A stretch of 25,331 bases of DNA from an uncultured virus (IMG/VR IMGVR_UViG_3300036822_000086) (lineage: Duplodnaviria > Heunggongvirae > Uroviricota > Caudoviricetes), in the IMG/VR virus record IMGVR_UViG_3300036822_000086. One strand, 5' to 3'. The notes below the pieces were generated by a model, which did not search any database, was not told where the DNA came from, and saw only the letters and a program-made list of their open reading frames with translations. Numbering within the stretch: the stretch's first letter is position 1; each line of letters starts with the position of its first letter. Below, piece after piece: positions 7,076 through 15,837 of the stretch. Both the position numbers and the translations under genes were made by a program.

Positions 7076-7501
7076 CTATGATCGGCGCTGGCGCGGCTTA
7101 CCCAAAAAATCTGGGGCGAAAAAATAATGTCGTGGAGCCCATTTGTGCGGATCGCGCCGCTGCCTGAAAATAGGATACGGAGCGGACATCCACACTTCGG
7201 GTCTGTTGATTGCGACGCGGCAAAATAAGTTTCCAAGAAACAACGCGGCACGTTCTTCGTCACAGCCTGAAGCATCAAACAACGGGCCGAGAACCACCGG
7301 CCACGGGTTTTGACAATTCAACGTGACGCAGACACGGTTGATCCGATTGATTGCATGCGCGTCGAAAAACGTGTTGATGTGAGTATAGACGTCCATGACG
7401 TTTCCGCCATAGCGATGCAATGTGCTAATCTGCGCGTTCGTTAGATCAGGGAACCAGTCCGTCTTCAGAAAATCCATTTTTGTTGTGCACCAGTGACTCA
7501 T
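7076..7501 (-). CDS. Hypothetical protein
   Basis: ATG 7501 overlaps the methylase stop; GGAGG upstream. Confidence 0.7.
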   Translation of the reverse strand: MSHWCTTKMDFLKTDWFPDLTNAQISTLHRYGGNVMDVYTHINTFFDAHAINRINRVCVTLNCQNPWPVVLGPLFDASGCDEERAALFLGNLFCRVAINRPEVWMSAPYPIFRQRRDPHKWAPRHYFFAPDFLGKPRQRRS

Positions 7502-7992
7502 TGGGTTCCTCCAACTTTTACGCTCAAACACAAGCCTAGTCCGCAGCGCTGTAGCGCGTTGTTGGCGACTTCGCCCATTCCCAACAGCACGATGCCATGC
7601 CCAGGCGCGCGCCCGATCGAGCCATCGGGCCGAACGAATTTGGTTTTGCCTTTTGGGAACAGCATTATTTCAGCTTTGGTCGCATATTCATGAAACCACG
7701 CCGCCGATGTATAGGCTCTAACGATGGCGACGCCGTTGCCGTGATCGAGAAATCTTTGCAGCCATGGCACATGCCCATTGCGCCCACCGAATGGCGGGTT
7801 CATGAACACGAGCCCACGCCATTTACGGTGCAAGCCATCGTCAGCTTGCGTATAGACGCGACGAGCGGGAACCCAATGATCGCGGCCGGGCGAGCACGGA
7901 TCGAGATCGAACTTCAATCCGAGCGCGGTAAAAATTTCCGGCGGCGTGTACCATTCATCGCTGGCACCAACGCAAGGCTCGTGCAGACTCAT
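7498..7992 (-). CDS. Phage N6-adenine DNA methyltransferase (phage Dam family)
   Basis: DEWYTP, FDLDPC, DDGL...W.GLVFMNPPF catalytic motif, AWFH. Confidence 0.92.
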   Translation of the reverse strand: MSLHEPCVGASDEWYTPPEIFTALGLKFDLDPCSPGRDHWVPARRVYTQADDGLHRKWRGLVFMNPPFGGRNGHVPWLQRFLDHGNGVAIVRAYTSAAWFHEYATKAEIMLFPKGKTKFVRPDGSIGRAPGHGIVLLGMGEVANNALQRCGLGLCLSVKVGGTQ

Positions 7993-8231
7993 CGTTTTGA
8001 TCCACGCACGACTTCATCAAGTGCACGCTGAATTAGTTGGTCGAGCGCGCGCAGAACTTCACGCCGGCCTTCTTCGCGCGCAAAAGCGGATTTCATGACT
8101 TGCTCGGTGCCGTCAATGCCTGCTTTTTTTGCGGCTTCGAGATAAGACATGCCGTCGTCCAGCACATAGCACGCGGCTTGCCTTTCACGTTCCGGCGTAT
8201 TTTTATGTGGCCGCCGGTTCGGGGGTGTCAT
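7989..8231 (-). CDS. Small HTH-like protein, paralog of an internal domain of the upstream ParB-like protein
   Basis: VLDDGMSYLEAAKKAGI helix-turn-helix pattern; AAGGA RBS. Confidence 0.8.
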   Translation of the reverse strand: MTPPNRRPHKNTPERERQAACYVLDDGMSYLEAAKKAGIDGTEQVMKSAFAREEGRREVLRALDQLIQRALDEVVRGSKR

Positions 8232-8245
8232 GTTTGGTGTTTCCT

Positions 8246-9460
8246 TTATCTTCTGGTTGGGGAACTGTTGCCGCTGCCAGCGCGCTTTGCTCGTTTATCT
8301 CGCTTGCGCGCGGCCCAATCCACATTCAGGTCTTGCCATTGCGTGGGCGAATTCTTTTCATCCAACAACAGCTTTTCCAAACCCGAAAACAAATTGAATG
8401 CGTCGCGGTAGCGGTCGGCCGTTGCGGCATGCAGTGTATCGTGTGGAATGCTCAACAATTGCGCCAGCCGCTCGGTGTGCAAACACGTCCAGATTTTCCT
8501 GAACGTTATCTTGTCCATTACGCCCTTGCGGGCGTTCATGATCGCCTTGGCTTGATCCTGCTCTTTTTTGTGGATCGGCAGAAACGTCTCGCGCCAGAAT
8601 TGATGTACTTGCTTGTTAACCGAATCCCAGAATTCGGCCTGAAGCTTCGCCTTCTCGCGCGTGATCGCGGCGTCAAGCTTCTCCTGTGCCGTCATCGATA
8701 GCGAGGCGGCGGGCTGAGCTTGGCGACGTGCGCCGCGTTCTTCAGCGACGGCGATCTTGACCGGCTGTACTGAGGCGAGGCCGAATTGTTCGGCCACCTG
8801 TTCCAGCGTCTTGCCCTGATCCAAAACGGCAATCGCCAACGCTTGCTTGGTGACGTCGGTCAATTCGGGCGTGCGATGATTCTTGCGCGTCGTGGCCTTG
8901 TAGGCCGCACCTAGCTTCATCTCGCCGCTGCGCACCTTGGCGGCAAGTTCGGGCGCCTCCGTCGCGACTTTGTGGGCTTGCGCGATCGTGCTTTTGCCGA
9001 CGTTCAGCATGTTGCCGAGTTGATTGTCTACGCGGCCGGAACGATCAACAGTGGCCCCATTTTTGGGGCCGCTGTCAGTTTTTGCTGATCGAGCCTTGGC
9101 GCCAACAATACGCCCCTTTGCCATACCCGCCTCTTGCCGCTTTTTGGCGGCGTCGGCCAATTGCGGGCGCAAGGCTTCGCCCAACATGGCGCGTTGACCG
9201 GGATCGAGATGGCGACGCACGATGTTCTCGGAGATCACGAAAGCAATGACTTCGTAATCGTCCTTGAATTTCATTTCCTTGTAGTGTGGCTCGACCTTGG
9301 CGGCCTTACAGGCGCGCTCGCGGTTGCGGCCATCGATCAGCAAATCATGCCAAGTCTTGATTGGCTCGCGCTGTCCGTTGGTGCGGATATCTTCGACCAG
9401 TAAATCGAATTCGGCGCCTTCCATGATCGGAAATAGCGCGGCGGCAGGATGTATCTTCAC
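8246..9460 (-). CDS. ParB/Srx N-terminal domain protein with HTH motifs
   Basis: IHPAAALFP, LVEDIRTNGQREPI, LIDGRNRERAC (GxxRxxA), VISENIVRRHL; GTG start. Confidence 0.88.
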   Translation of the reverse strand: MKIHPAAALFPIMEGAEFDLLVEDIRTNGQREPIKTWHDLLIDGRNRERACKAAKVEPHYKEMKFKDDYEVIAFVISENIVRRHLDPGQRAMLGEALRPQLADAAKKRQEAGMAKGRIVGAKARSAKTDSGPKNGATVDRSGRVDNQLGNMLNVGKSTIAQAHKVATEAPELAAKVRSGEMKLGAAYKATTRKNHRTPELTDVTKQALAIAVLDQGKTLEQVAEQFGLASVQPVKIAVAEERGARRQAQPAASLSMTAQEKLDAAITREKAKLQAEFWDSVNKQVHQFWRETFLPIHKKEQDQAKAIMNARKGVMDKITFRKIWTCLHTERLAQLLSIPHDTLHAATADRYRDAFNLFSGLEKLLLDEKNSPTQWQDLNVDWAARKRDKRAKRAGSGNSSPTRR

Positions 9461-9515
9461 GGCTCGATTCTTTCTGTTTGCGCCGGACGCAATGCCAGCG
9501 TTGCCAGCGTCGCGA

Positions 9516-9546
9516 GAAACCGGCCGGGGATTGCTCCCCGACCAGT
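9516..9546 (-). terminator. GNRA-capped hairpin, possible intrinsic terminator or attenuator
   Basis: ACTGGTCGGGGA-GCAA-TCCCCGGCCGGT followed by only a short T-run. Confidence 0.5.
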
Positions 9547-9562
9547 CGCTCAGTTAGTTGAG

Positions 9563-9967
9563 TCACTCAGTATTGCCGTTACCGTCGCCGTCGCGGACAA
9601 TCTTGCCCTCAACGGTGTGGCGCCGTTCCTTGCGCGAAAACTCGTAACGCCGCAGAACGACGCCGAGAGACTTCACGATGGTGTCCAGCTTCTTAGTGCC
9701 GACGATATGGCCAGCGATCGTCCGCGCCTTTTCGCGCAGCAGTTCGGCGGCCTTCACGTTGTCGATCGCAAGCGAGCCCTCGACCGCGTCGGAGTCCCAC
9801 ACGGCTTCGAGAAAACGCCGGTAGTCCTCCGAATCGTTCCAGAGCATCAAGTGCAAATCTTCGATGTGATCGTTCAACGTCCGTTCAGTCTTGATCTTCC
9901 GCTCCCACTCATCGATCGAGGCGGGAAGTTGAACCGGACGTGGATGGAGTTGCCGATTATCGGCCAT
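9563..9967 (-). CDS. Hypothetical protein
   Basis: AAGGAAG RBS; TTGACA at 10034-10039 suggests its own promoter. Confidence 0.75.
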   Translation of the reverse strand: MADNRQLHPRPVQLPASIDEWERKIKTERTLNDHIEDLHLMLWNDSEDYRRFLEAVWDSDAVEGSLAIDNVKAAELLREKARTIAGHIVGTKKLDTIVKSLGVVLRRYEFSRKERRHTVEGKIVRDGDGNGNTE

Positions 9968-10093
9968 TGGACACACTTCCTTTCTGCGGGCGCTATGCTC
10001 CGCAACGAAGCGTCTGGCCGAAATTTATACGCTTGTCAACCTCATGTGGACAAGTATTTGGCAGCGAGAGTTTTCCGCGTTACTGCCAGCCTT

Positions 10094-10348
10094 TTAATCC
10101 TCGAACCGGAACGCCGCGCTCTGCTTGCCCCGGAACTTCGCCTCGGCAGCGTCCAGCGCCTCGCGCAACGCCTTGAACACCTGCTCAGTCTCGGCCGGCG
10201 TGTAATCATAAGTCGTGCGCCGCGATAGATTGCCGAGTTGCGCGATCAACCGCACCAACCGGGTCACCCGATGCTCGGCAAGCACGCGGAACTTGATCGC
10301 CTTGTCACTGATCGGCTGCTGCTGTTCGTGGATGACGAGTTGTTCCAT
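10094..10348 (-). CDS. Small helical protein (F..LAE.RV...I..LGNLS...Y.YT pattern)
   Basis: Recognisable mobile-element motif; GGAGG RBS before ATG 10348. Confidence 0.8.
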   Translation of the reverse strand: MEQLVIHEQQQPISDKAIKFRVLAEHRVTRLVRLIAQLGNLSRRTTYDYTPAETEQVFKALREALDAAEAKFRGKQSAAFRFED

Positions 10349-10386
10349 TTTGCCTTCCTCCTGCTTTGTGATCTTTTCGATTCGGC

Positions 10387-10725
10387 TCACCAAGGCCACG
10401 GCTTTCTGTCAAAGATGACCCTGAGATTTTCTTGGTGGGTCATTCGATCAATGTCGGCCTCTGTCAATAGCGTGTCGGTTTCATAGCGCACGCCAGTGCC
10501 GGGCTTTACGATCATCCCGACCACGATGTATTTGTACGGCAATTCATCTGGAATGGCCGGGACATTCTGATTGATAGCGTAGTCGCGCGTGATGCGCGGC
10601 AATTCTTGGCTGCCAGCAACCATGACGGTACGGACTGAAAGCTGCGCATGGACAATTCTTTGCATGCGCGCGACGATCGCGTGATTGAGGCTGTTAACGT
10701 AAACCGTACCGTTATCGCTCGGCAT
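10387..10725 (-). CDS. Hypothetical protein
   Basis: TGATG overlap with the upstream gene. Confidence 0.7.
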   Translation of the reverse strand: MPSDNGTVYVNSLNHAIVARMQRIVHAQLSVRTVMVAGSQELPRITRDYAINQNVPAIPDELPYKYIVVGMIVKPGTGVRYETDTLLTEADIDRMTHQENLRVIFDRKPWPW

Positions 10726-11060
10726 CAGTGCACCTGTTCCTGATCGCTAGGCTCGCTGCTCGCCTTGGGGCGGTTCTTCTGCGGATCAAACACGTCGATC
10801 ATCTTATCGAACGCCAGCCTGATCCCGGCCACCGGACATCGACGCAAGAATATGCTGTCAAGCATGCTCGCCACTAGCGTCAGCATGATCGCGCGCGGGA
10901 CCACCAAGTCATAGCCGCGCAGCGCGGCGCCCAAGTCGGCCACCGCATTGTCAGCCGCGATCTTACGCGATTCGGTTTCCGGCCAGCGCGCCAATTCGAC
11001 CAAAGCTTCCGACGCATCGTGCACCAATTCCGTCATCGAAGCATTGCGCCGCGTCTTCAT
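10725..11060 (-). CDS. Hypothetical protein
   Basis: ATGA overlap; GGAGG RBS. Confidence 0.75.
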   Translation of the reverse strand: MKTRRNASMTELVHDASEALVELARWPETESRKIAADNAVADLGAALRGYDLVVPRAIMLTLVASMLDSIFLRRCPVAGIRLAFDKMIDVFDPQKNRPKASSEPSDQEQVH

Positions 11061-12805
11061 CGTTTCTGTCCTCCGAATCCTTGGTTCATTTTGTTGATCA
11101 GGAATTTGCCGAACTTCTCGTTGTCCATGGACCGATCATCGGCACGCTGCCTGCCAAGCGCATGCTCGGCGCCGATGGTCATGTCAACCATATGAAAATG
11201 ATCCTTGCCGGGCACCGTGATCTCGACGTTGTAACCGGCCCATGTGAACTTCTTCATCCCACTGAAGTAGGTCTTCACTGGCGTGCCATTCTTGCGCACG
11301 TGCGCGCGCACCATGCGCAGCACCGGACGGCGCCTGCCCTTTGTCGTCACCGCCACGTCGCGATCCCTGAAGAAGTGCGCCATGCGCCGGGCTTCGACGC
11401 CGAACGTTGCGGTCAGTAGTCCCTTATGCACGGCGACGCGCACGATCGAGCCAAGTGACGCCGATTCGTACAGATTGGCAGCGTTGATGAACAACCGGCG
11501 CAGATAGTCTTCCGGCTCGATCCCGCTCAGATCGCGATGTGACCACGACAAATAACGATCCGGCACTTCCCAGTGCGTGTTGATGAATTCAGCCGGTTCC
11601 AGGCATTTGCCGCCATACGGGCCCTTCGACCATTTGATGGTGATCTTCTCGTGTAGCTTGGTCTTCAAAATCCGCACGCGTCCGGTGTTGTGCTCGACAA
11701 ATACGCCGTACTCTTGCGGAACGCCGCCGCGCCGCTTCTGCGCCTGCTTGTGGATTTTCTTGTCATTCCGATCCCAATACACGGTCATGTAGTAGGTATC
11801 GCCGCCGCTCACCCGCTCGAACGCCGGATGCGGCTTGCTCATTTTGCGGAAGTATAGAAAACGCGGCGTCCAAATAACGTGCGGCTTGTCTTCGGTGCGC
11901 TTGTCGAATTTGCGTGACGCGTCGCCAAAGTAGACCGGACGATGACCCATGGCCCCTTCGGCCTTCAATCGCTTTTCAACGTCGTTATACTCATACGCTG
12001 GTCCCGGTTCGGCGCTGTCCTGCACCGTCCACCTGTCTTCGCTTGCAGCGATATCATCGAACCCATAGGCGATGGCACCAAAGCCAGGACGATGCTGGCG
12101 CCACCACGGTGATAGCTCGACGCTCTCGCTGCCGCCGAGCCACTTGTCGAAATTGTGCGTGGCCGACCACGGGACCATCTGAATCCCAATCTGATGCAGC
12201 AAGTCATAACTGTCGCGATCGCCGATCTTCATCCGCTTCAGATAGACCCAAAAGACATCGAGTTGATCGAGGATCGCGTCGCGGAAGTAATACTGACCCC
12301 ATTGCTCGGGATCGTCGGTCAGTACCGGCGCCTGTGGTCTTGGCTGGCGCGGCTTGGCTGGCTCGGTCCGATGCAGCACCGTGCGCTTGACCGGGCTCGG
12401 CGCAATGTCGGCCGGTTTCGGCGTGACCCACTTTTCTTTGCGATAGGCCGGTAACCGGAAAACCGGCGCCAGCAACGACGCTGGCACCGGCTCGGGCGCT
12501 GGCGGTGACGCAGACGATGACGAAGGCGGTGACGTAGACGTTGGCGAAGGCGATGACGATGACGTTGGCGCTGGCTCTGGCGTCGACGTGGGCGTTGGCG
12601 CTGGCGTAAGCGTTGGCGTGGGCGCAGACGGCGGCGAAGGCGCCGACGAAGGCATGGACGTTGACGGAGGCGTTGCCGGGGCATCCTGCCACGGCCCCGG
12701 CCACTCGCCAAGCAGCCTGAACCCCACATGGCGTGCACGCGCCCGCCATTCACTCCAAAGCCTGCTTGCAGATCGTAGCAGCCGATCCAAGAACGCCATA
12801 AACAT
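11057..12805 (-). CDS. Large hypothetical protein with Pro/Ser/Thr-rich linker and C-terminal VRAHxR motif
   Basis: 582-aa ORF, GGAG RBS, directly downstream of the helicase. Confidence 0.85.
   Translation of the reverse strand: MFMAFLDRLLRSASRLWSEWRARARHVGFRLLGEWPGPWQDAPATPPSTSMPSSAPSPPSAPTPTLTPAPTPTSTPEPAPTSSSSPSPTSTSPPSSSSASPPAPEPVPASLLAPVFRLPAYRKEKWVTPKPADIAPSPVKRTVLHRTEPAKPRQPRPQAPVLTDDPEQWGQYYFRDAILDQLDVFWVYLKRMKIGDRDSYDLLHQIGIQMVPWSATHNFDKWLGGSESVELSPWWRQHRPGFGAIAYGFDDIAASEDRWTVQDSAEPGPAYEYNDVEKRLKAEGAMGHRPVYFGDASRKFDKRTEDKPHVIWTPRFLYFRKMSKPHPAFERVSGGDTYYMTVYWDRNDKKIHKQAQKRRGGVPQEYGVFVEHNTGRVRILKTKLHEKITIKWSKGPYGGKCLEPAEFINTHWEVPDRYLSWSHRDLSGIEPEDYLRRLFINAANLYESASLGSIVRVAVHKGLLTATFGVEARRMAHFFRDRDVAVTTKGRRRPVLRMVRAHVRKNGTPVKTYFSGMKKFTWAGYNVEITVPGKDHFHMVDMTIGAEHALGRQRADDRSMDNEKFGKFLINKMNQGFGGQKR
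12475..12678 (-). repeat. Degenerate hexamer array (CGYCNN) x34 encoding the P/S/T linker
   Basis: Strict 6-nt phase; 30 of 34 units start with CG. Confidence 0.8.
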
Positions 12806-12816
12806 GTCTCCGGGTT

Positions 12817-14367
12817 TTACAGTCGCATGTCTTCGTCGCGATCAAGCTCCTTGCCAGGGCGCATGCCGTCAACGACGCGGATACAGTCACTCGGCACATT
12901 GCCCTTTTTCTTGCCAGTCTTAACCACTTTCTGAACCACCGTCACGATTCCGTTGCTGATCCAACTAGCGAGGATATCGGCGGCGTCCTTCTCGGCGCAA
13001 TTCAAATGCCTCTGGATCACATATCCAGCCCAGCGGCGCGGCTTCGATCCACGCAACGGCGTCGGCGCGAACGGATCGCCGGTCTGCACACCATCATCAT
13101 CCTGATAGCCGGCCACGAATTCATCAAGCATGGCGTTGGCCTGCATGCTGGTCATCTTGTCGAACGCGGTCAGCGCCTTCCAGGGCATCAGCACGCCGAC
13201 TTCATCGGCCGGAAGATCATCGCCCGCATTGGGCAATTGGATCGATATCTTCTCAAACCATTTGGCGATCGGCGTCACCAACGTGAGATTTGACTTGGCA
13301 TCATCGAGCCGCAAATACCGGGTGCGCTTGTCCGCTGTGAGGCCATGCCGCTCGGCTTCCTGATCCGTCATGCCGAACAGCGTGCACACCACCCGGCAGA
13401 TGCCCGCCAGCGCCCCGGCGCCGCGCGCCGCGTCCATGTCGCCGGCCATGTCTTGCGCGAACTTGCGCGTGTGGTGGACCAGCAACACAGAGCAATTAGT
13501 ACGACGAGCGACTTCGCGCCATAACACGCACGCCCATTTTAGCTCGGAATTCGAGTTTTCGTCGCCGATGAAGGTTTCGGCGAATGGATCAACAATCAGA
13601 ATGTCAAACTGTCCGGCAATAATTGTTTGCACGATGCGCTCGATCATCGGCGTGCGCGTCACCGTCTTGGTGCGCGCGTCCGCCTTGGCGATGACGATAT
13701 CGTCGGGCGCTTCGGCAAAGGCAAAGCTCGTGGCCAAGCTGTCTTCGTCAAGGTTCATCAGCCTGCATCCGGCAAACAAGCGCCGATGCATTTCATCTTT
13801 GTCTTCCTCGCTATTGATCACCAGCACCCGCACCGGGCCGCGCAGCCGCCAGCCACCCCAATTCGTCAACCCCGCCGCACAGACCATGCCAAGCTGCAAG
13901 GTGAACAGGCTCTTGCCCGATCCGGGCGGTGCCACCAGCATGGTCACGTGCCGGCGCAGCAACAGCCCGGGAATGATCCACGGCCGGCGCGGGATATCAT
14001 CGCCTTTGATTGGGAACGGAAAGACAATCGGGACAACGTTGAGCGGCGGCTTCGCGGTATAGTCTTGTTGGTGTTGCTCGCCGAGCCCACCGCTGCCATC
14101 GCCGTTTATTCGCGCCTCGAACGCCTTGGTGATGATGCCTTCGACGTTCTCAATGCCGATGTTTTCGGTCAGCCCATGCGAGGCGGCAAGCTCGATCAGT
14201 TCGTCAACGGCGACCGCCTTTTCCAATCCGCGCGTGACGTAGCTCGCGACTTCCGTGGTGCAATGGCGGAAATTTTGCAGCCGCGCGTCATCGTTCGCGG
14301 AGCCGCTTAGAATGCGCGACCACGACGCAAAACCAATCTCAAACACGCCCAGTTGCGCGTCTGCCAT
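12817..14367 (-). CDS. AAA_25 / RepA-like (RecA-fold) replicative helicase
   Basis: Walker A APPGSGKS, Walker B ILIVDP, DENSN, VLLVHHTRK, ARGAGAL, AKSN; helical PriCT-like N-terminus. Confidence 0.92.
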   Translation of the reverse strand: MADAQLGVFEIGFASWSRILSGSANDDARLQNFRHCTTEVASYVTRGLEKAVAVDELIELAASHGLTENIGIENVEGIITKAFEARINGDGSGGLGEQHQQDYTAKPPLNVVPIVFPFPIKGDDIPRRPWIIPGLLLRRHVTMLVAPPGSGKSLFTLQLGMVCAAGLTNWGGWRLRGPVRVLVINSEEDKDEMHRRLFAGCRLMNLDEDSLATSFAFAEAPDDIVIAKADARTKTVTRTPMIERIVQTIIAGQFDILIVDPFAETFIGDENSNSELKWACVLWREVARRTNCSVLLVHHTRKFAQDMAGDMDAARGAGALAGICRVVCTLFGMTDQEAERHGLTADKRTRYLRLDDAKSNLTLVTPIAKWFEKISIQLPNAGDDLPADEVGVLMPWKALTAFDKMTSMQANAMLDEFVAGYQDDDGVQTGDPFAPTPLRGSKPRRWAGYVIQRHLNCAEKDAADILASWISNGIVTVVQKVVKTGKKKGNVPSDCIRVVDGMRPGKELDRDEDMRL

Positions 14368-14536
14368 ACCCGGCGACCGTGCAGGACGTGGACGCGTTAG
14401 GGTGCAGTGAAATCGTAGGGGTTAGCGGCATTCATGGTGATGAGCCCTTCTTGCCAGAGTTTTCAAAAGTGGACAGTGAACCAGACTAGTCGGCGTTGAC
14501 TCCCATAGGTTCTTCGAGTTGTCCCCGCTATCCTGC

Positions 14537-14743
14537 TCATTGCAGTGTTCGCTCCCGTACCCGCGCAACCACGGCGCGGATATCAGCGCTGAAGCTGTCG
14601 GCATCGTCGGGCGTCATCGTTGCCCCGGCGATCACCTTGTCGGCGTGACCGAGCAGAACAAAATGCACATGGCCGCAATGATCGCAGAGATAGACGTCGA
14701 TGCTCTGTGCTTCCGGCGGCGCGGTATCCTTGTCTCGCCTCAT
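14537..14743 (-). CDS. Small CxxC protein
   Basis: CDHCGHVH; ATGA overlap with the upstream stop. Confidence 0.65.
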   Translation of the reverse strand: MRRDKDTAPPEAQSIDVYLCDHCGHVHFVLLGHADKVIAGATMTPDDADSFSADIRAVVARVRERTLQ

Positions 14744-15591
14744 GCCTGCACGCTTACATCCTTCGGCGGCATCCGCCATTGCACGCCAAGCTCCTGCATG
14801 CAGGAATAGATTTCCACGTCATCGAAGCAATCGATGGCTTGCATCAGCACTTGAACGCTGATTTCACCTTGGCCACGGATGCGCGCAGCTTCCAGCGCCT
14901 GCACGATTTTCGCCTTGCGATGCGCGTGTCGCACTTTGGCGACGATGGCCTGCTGCACCGCGTTGCGTTGGGCAATGGCGATGTCCATCGCCGTATCGAT
15001 TCTCGCCTTGTGCGCCGCCGCTACCCCCTCGGCAAGCCGCCGTTGCGCAGCGGCGGCCAGCGCCGCTTCGCGAGCAATCGCTTCGTCGTGTGAAAATTGC
15101 CAGTGGGTTTGCCGTTGTGCCGCATTCCATGCGGCTTCATCAGCCGCTTGACGCGCGTGTTGTGCAGCAATCGCTGCTGCGCGCTCGCGCTCCCATTCCG
15201 CGTGTTCGGCCGCTCGCTGTGCGCGCTTCGCCTTGCGCCGGGCTGCCGCCGCTGCCGCCGCTTCAGCTTCAGCTTTCAACGCTTTCGCTATCGCTTCGTC
15301 CTGTGCCCGCTGCGAGGCCAGACGTTCGCGCGCGTTCATGTCGAGCGGCGGTAGGCCCTCGTGCTCGGGAATACCGCGTTCGAACAGATGATCGTTGCCC
15401 AACAGCGAGCCGCTCTCGATTTGCCCGGTGGCGCGGATGTGCTCGATCAACGACCATTCATCGTCAACCAATTTCGGCGGTGGATCGCTCAGCCGCCGCA
15501 GCCACGGCGGCGGCGGCGCGATGATGCCGTAGAGCGCGCGCTGTGACGTGCGCAGATAGCTGTTGCGCCGGACTTGATTGATCCGCTGCAT
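14740..15591 (-). CDS. Hypothetical protein with Ala/Arg-rich coiled coil
   Basis: 283-aa ORF abutting both neighbours. Confidence 0.75.
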   Translation of the reverse strand: MQRINQVRRNSYLRTSQRALYGIIAPPPPWLRRLSDPPPKLVDDEWSLIEHIRATGQIESGSLLGNDHLFERGIPEHEGLPPLDMNARERLASQRAQDEAIAKALKAEAEAAAAAAARRKAKRAQRAAEHAEWERERAAAIAAQHARQAADEAAWNAAQRQTHWQFSHDEAIAREAALAAAAQRRLAEGVAAAHKARIDTAMDIAIAQRNAVQQAIVAKVRHAHRKAKIVQALEAARIRGQGEISVQVLMQAIDCFDDVEIYSCMQELGVQWRMPPKDVSVQA

Positions 15592-15837
15592 TCAGTTCTC
15601 GATCATTGTCTTGCCAGCCAAGCGGCCGATCGTGACCGAGGGCAACGTCGTCTGCGTCAGATGCGCCGCCGCGATCTCAACTTTCAGCGTCTCCAGAACC
15701 GTCCGCGCCAGCGAGATGTGCAGACGTGCTTCCGACGACGAGATTCTCTTTTCGTCCACCAGCTTCCAAATGCGCAGCATCTTCTCGCGAATGTCGGCCG
15801 TGTCCCTTAACATGGCCGAGTCCCGATCCTTCAACAT
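15592..15837 (-). CDS. Hypothetical protein
   Basis: 81-aa helical ORF; stop abuts the next ATG; start could be 15813. Confidence 0.7.
   Translation of the reverse strand: MLKDRDSAMLRDTADIREKMLRIWKLVDEKRISSSEARLHISLARTVLETLKVEIAAAHLTQTTLPSVTIGRLAGKTMIEN

Noticed and set aside
12204..12923. Alternative-frame ORFs (RQRLR-, ANVH- and GVGAG-rich) over the P/S/T linker
   Set aside because: They are by-products of the stop-free hexamer array inside the 582-aa gene
13006..14310. Long + strand ORFs opposite the helicase (and similarly 9449..10228, 15578..16321, 18827..19600, 22340..23104, 23447..24250)
   Set aside because: Antisense shadows typical of GC-rich coding DNA; no motifs or RBS
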